Assembly: GCF_004010195.1 (NCBI RefSeq)
Contig: NC_057721.1
Location: 51,845,414 to 51,909,413 of the forward strand
Length of the DNA: 64,000 bases
Reading direction: 5' to 3'
Source: Chiloscyllium plagiosum
Lineage: Eukaryota
The position numbers and the translations under genes are program-made. Under the pieces are notes generated by a model, which saw only the letters and a program-made list of their open reading frames with translations, made no database searches and was not told the DNA's origin. Of the stretch, positions 61,121 to 64,000 are shown in pieces (the first letter of the stretch is position 1; every line of letters starts with the position of its first letter).

Positions 61121-62810
61121 GTGTATATGGCAATCAATTGATGGTATCTTTGCCACTCAGAATGATCTGACTCTATTGGGTAATATCAGGAAAGCAGAAT
61201 AAGGTCTAACAGCACTTATGAGTGGACAACACCCTGTGACAGATAGTGAAGCCAGTTGTGCAGCAGATACATTCAGTGTTTTGACGTATGGTCTTTCAGT
61301 TGTAATCTCCCAAAATGAATTTAAAACTGGACTCTAAAATCAATAGAATAGAGAATAGGAAATCAGTTTATGGTTTAAGGAAGAATCTTGTGCAGGACAC
61401 CAGGTGAATTCTTTATTCTTCTTCATAAGACCCTATGTTATAGGAGCAGAATTAGGTCATTTGATCCAGTAAATCTTCTCCACCATTTGATCATGGCAGA
61501 TATGTTTCTCAACTCTGTTCTCCTGCCTTCTCCCTGTTACCTTTGATCCATTTACTAATCAAGAACCTATCTATATCTATCTTAAGTACACTCAATGACT
61601 TGAATAGAAAGATTATTCAATCTTTTATGTCCACCTGAACAACCCATGTGCCCTTGATTTAGTTTCATTCAAAAGACTGAAACTTTAATTTTGAAGCATT
61701 CTGCTCATTTGTGTCATATTTTAATAATTATTTTTTGCCTTGTTGGAAGGATTAGCAAACTGAAAGTGGAATTGCAGAATCCCCATGTGACCCCTTAATT
61801 CATAAGGATGTGTTGTTTATGTGAACTCACCTGTAACTCCACAAGAGTTGTGTACCAGTGCCATGAACTGTGCAGCATCAGTGTCAGGAAAGTCTTGGGG
61901 AAGTTGCAGCTTCTGAAGAAGTCCCTTGTCTGGAGTCTGATATGTTGGACAAGATTCAAAAGAAAGGAACAAGAAGAACTGAAAACAAAACTGAGCACAT
62001 TTATGGGCTCAATCTTACCTCAAATCTACTGTGTCAGTTTTGATTCATTTCATGGAGTTTTTTGTGAACTCACATTATTAACTATGTACTATGCCACTAT
62101 GGCACCCTACTAATTGTATTTTCCCACTCCTCACAGACAGAAGTACCCAGCCACTGGTGAGATCTTTTTCAGCTCTAGCAGATCTTGAGATATTTCTTTG
62201 TCCAAATGTTACACAAGAACTTTTCTCCTTTTGTGTCACTTAGACTAAATTGTTTGCATCCTTTCATATTTCACCAACATTACAATTTCTTGCTCCTATC
62301 ACCAGTGTGCTCTCCATAAATCCAACTTTTAACCTGAGCGTCAAGTAATGTAAGTAATCTAATCTAATTAGGTAAATGGACTGAATTAGGTCAGTTATAG
62401 GTTAGAAATGCAAAGTTGCAAAGCCTATTTCTCAGCCACAATCTAAGTGTGGATGGGTCCAATCAATTTTTGATTTACTAATGGGATGTGAACATCAATG
62501 GCTGGGCCATTTATTGTCCACTCCTAGTTGCCCTCGAGAAGCTGTGTCCTTGAACAGATGTTGTTCGTTTGCTGTAGGTAAATCCACAATGACATTAAGG
62601 AGGGGGATTCAGTATTTTAACCCAATACAGCATATAGCACTGGTGTGCTCAATCTGTACCACATGCCATTTTGGTTCGGCCCATCTGCTGCCTGTGATTT
62701 AGTTATCTCGCATTTCTAATGGAATTAAAGAACAGTAATATCATTCTTATTTTGCAGAAGTGTCAGTACATCATTCTCACACATTCCATGGTACCAACAT
62801 GTTGCAAACT

Positions 62811-63875
62811 TGATGCGTATAAAATTGTAAAATGGGAAAAGCATTTTTAAGATGGTGTCTTTTTCTATGCTTAGAGATTTTAAAAAATGGATGTCTGTGA
62901 ACAGCACTTTAAGGTTTGCAGGAACAGAGAGCAGTTGAATTGAAACATTTTGTATCAAAAGGCTAAGCAGTAGTTTTTATCAAGACAACAGGTTTTAAAT
63001 TTAGCCAAAAAATTTAAATCAGGCACTTAGCTACCAAAAGCCTATTAAATTTAAATCTGATGGTTTTGACAACATAGGACCAATCCTATTGTAAGAAATT
63101 GATATGTCATCATAGGTATATAAGAAGGAGGCAATTGGACAGAGCCCCAGGCCTAACAGCCGTCGCTAAGAGATAACAGCTCTCAGCTCTTAAAGAGAGA
63201 CTAAATTCTATTTTGAGAGACTAAATTCTATTGTTTTGTTATATAAGTGGGTCTTGTATTTATTGTAACAGCATACCATTAGAATCTTGCATTATTCGGG
63301 AACAGTTAATAGTTAGAGGGGAATTGTTTGGTCTGTTAATAGTTTAGTTAATTTGTTCACTGTTAGAGTTAGATAAATAAATTGTTACTTGTGGATTATA
63401 AAGTGAGTGTCAGGGATTTCTTTTACTTAACCATCAGAAATTTTTATTTATTTCAAAAATATACTTTATTCATAAAGTACTTTGATGGTCTGTACAGTTG
63501 GACATGCCATACATATGTAAACATTCCATTTCCTTGCATACTGAAACAGAGTAATCATTCCTATTTATAGGTCTGTATGATTACATTTTTAGCTGAGGCG
63601 TCAGCAGAGCCCAAATGACTGCGTGGGCCCCCTGTTCTTCTTTAGGCAGGCAGACGTTACACAGTGGTCTTTCTCCACCGCGCCTTGGCGGCAGCTGCCC
63701 CAAGCTTCAGCGCGTCCCTCAACACCTACCATCAGAAATTGCTGAACAAAAAATGGATTACACCCCTTCTCACACTCCTTTTAACAGATTTGAAGATGAG
63801 GCACTCCCCTTTGGTAGCTTCAGTTTTAGTTCATGGTGGGGGGAGGGGTAGGTAGTCAACCTCTGCTTAATAACA
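62811..63875 (+). mobile_element. Possible solo LTR interrupted by the Tx1-like insert
   Basis: AACT|TG ... TAACA|AACT could be a 4-bp TSD. Internal TATATAAG (about 63117) and AATAAA (about 63376). A 20-bp tandem duplication lies at about 63195-63232. Confidence 0.35.
63443..63727 (-). mobile_element. Tx1/L1-like LINE 3' end with a 13-bp TSD
   Basis: ACCATCAGAAATT at 63430-63442 and 63728-63740. AATAAA and an A-rich tail on -. ORF end RDALKLGAAAAKARWRKTTV*. Confidence 0.75.
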
Positions 63876-64000
63876 AACTCCATAAACTAGGAGTGAACTA
63901 TGCCCTACAGTTGCTACTAGGCCTTGCAACCGATGGCACAATACCACATTGTATTTGTAGTGACTGTAACAAGGTCAGCCAGGAATGAGTTCCCTGATCG

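Noticed and set aside
1-64000. CRISPR arrays or prokaryotic systems
   Set aside because: No regularly spaced repeats or operon-like ORFs; the sequence is spliced vertebrate DNA.

Overview
Repeat-rich vertebrate genomic DNA. The SINE/LINE complement (HE1-type SINEs, CR1 LINEs) points to a cartilaginous fish, probably a shark. Two convergent protein-coding genes can be assembled by hand from splice signals. On the + strand are the last eight coding exons of CIP2A (KIAA1524), 7190-23091. On the - strand is a complete B7-family gene with signal peptide-IgV-IgC-IgV-TM architecture, best matching HHLA2/B7-H7, 58009-31728. It stops directly after its hydrophobic segment, with no cytoplasmic tail. 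MYH15, which separates these genes in human, is not seen between them. Most other sequence is decayed CR1/L2/Rex1/Tx1-like LINEs, tRNA-derived SINEs, one Tigger-like MITE and possible solo LTRs. The most striking non-genic pattern is about a dozen Penelope-like (PLE) insertions from at least three families. Many are fold-back (inverted-repeat) structures with 14-17 bp target duplications. They carry minimal hammerhead-ribozyme motifs (CTGANGA-stem-GAAA plus a 4-nt palindrome), and their truncation or inversion points cluster at that motif. Three assembly gaps are present. All calls were made by eye; no searches were run.
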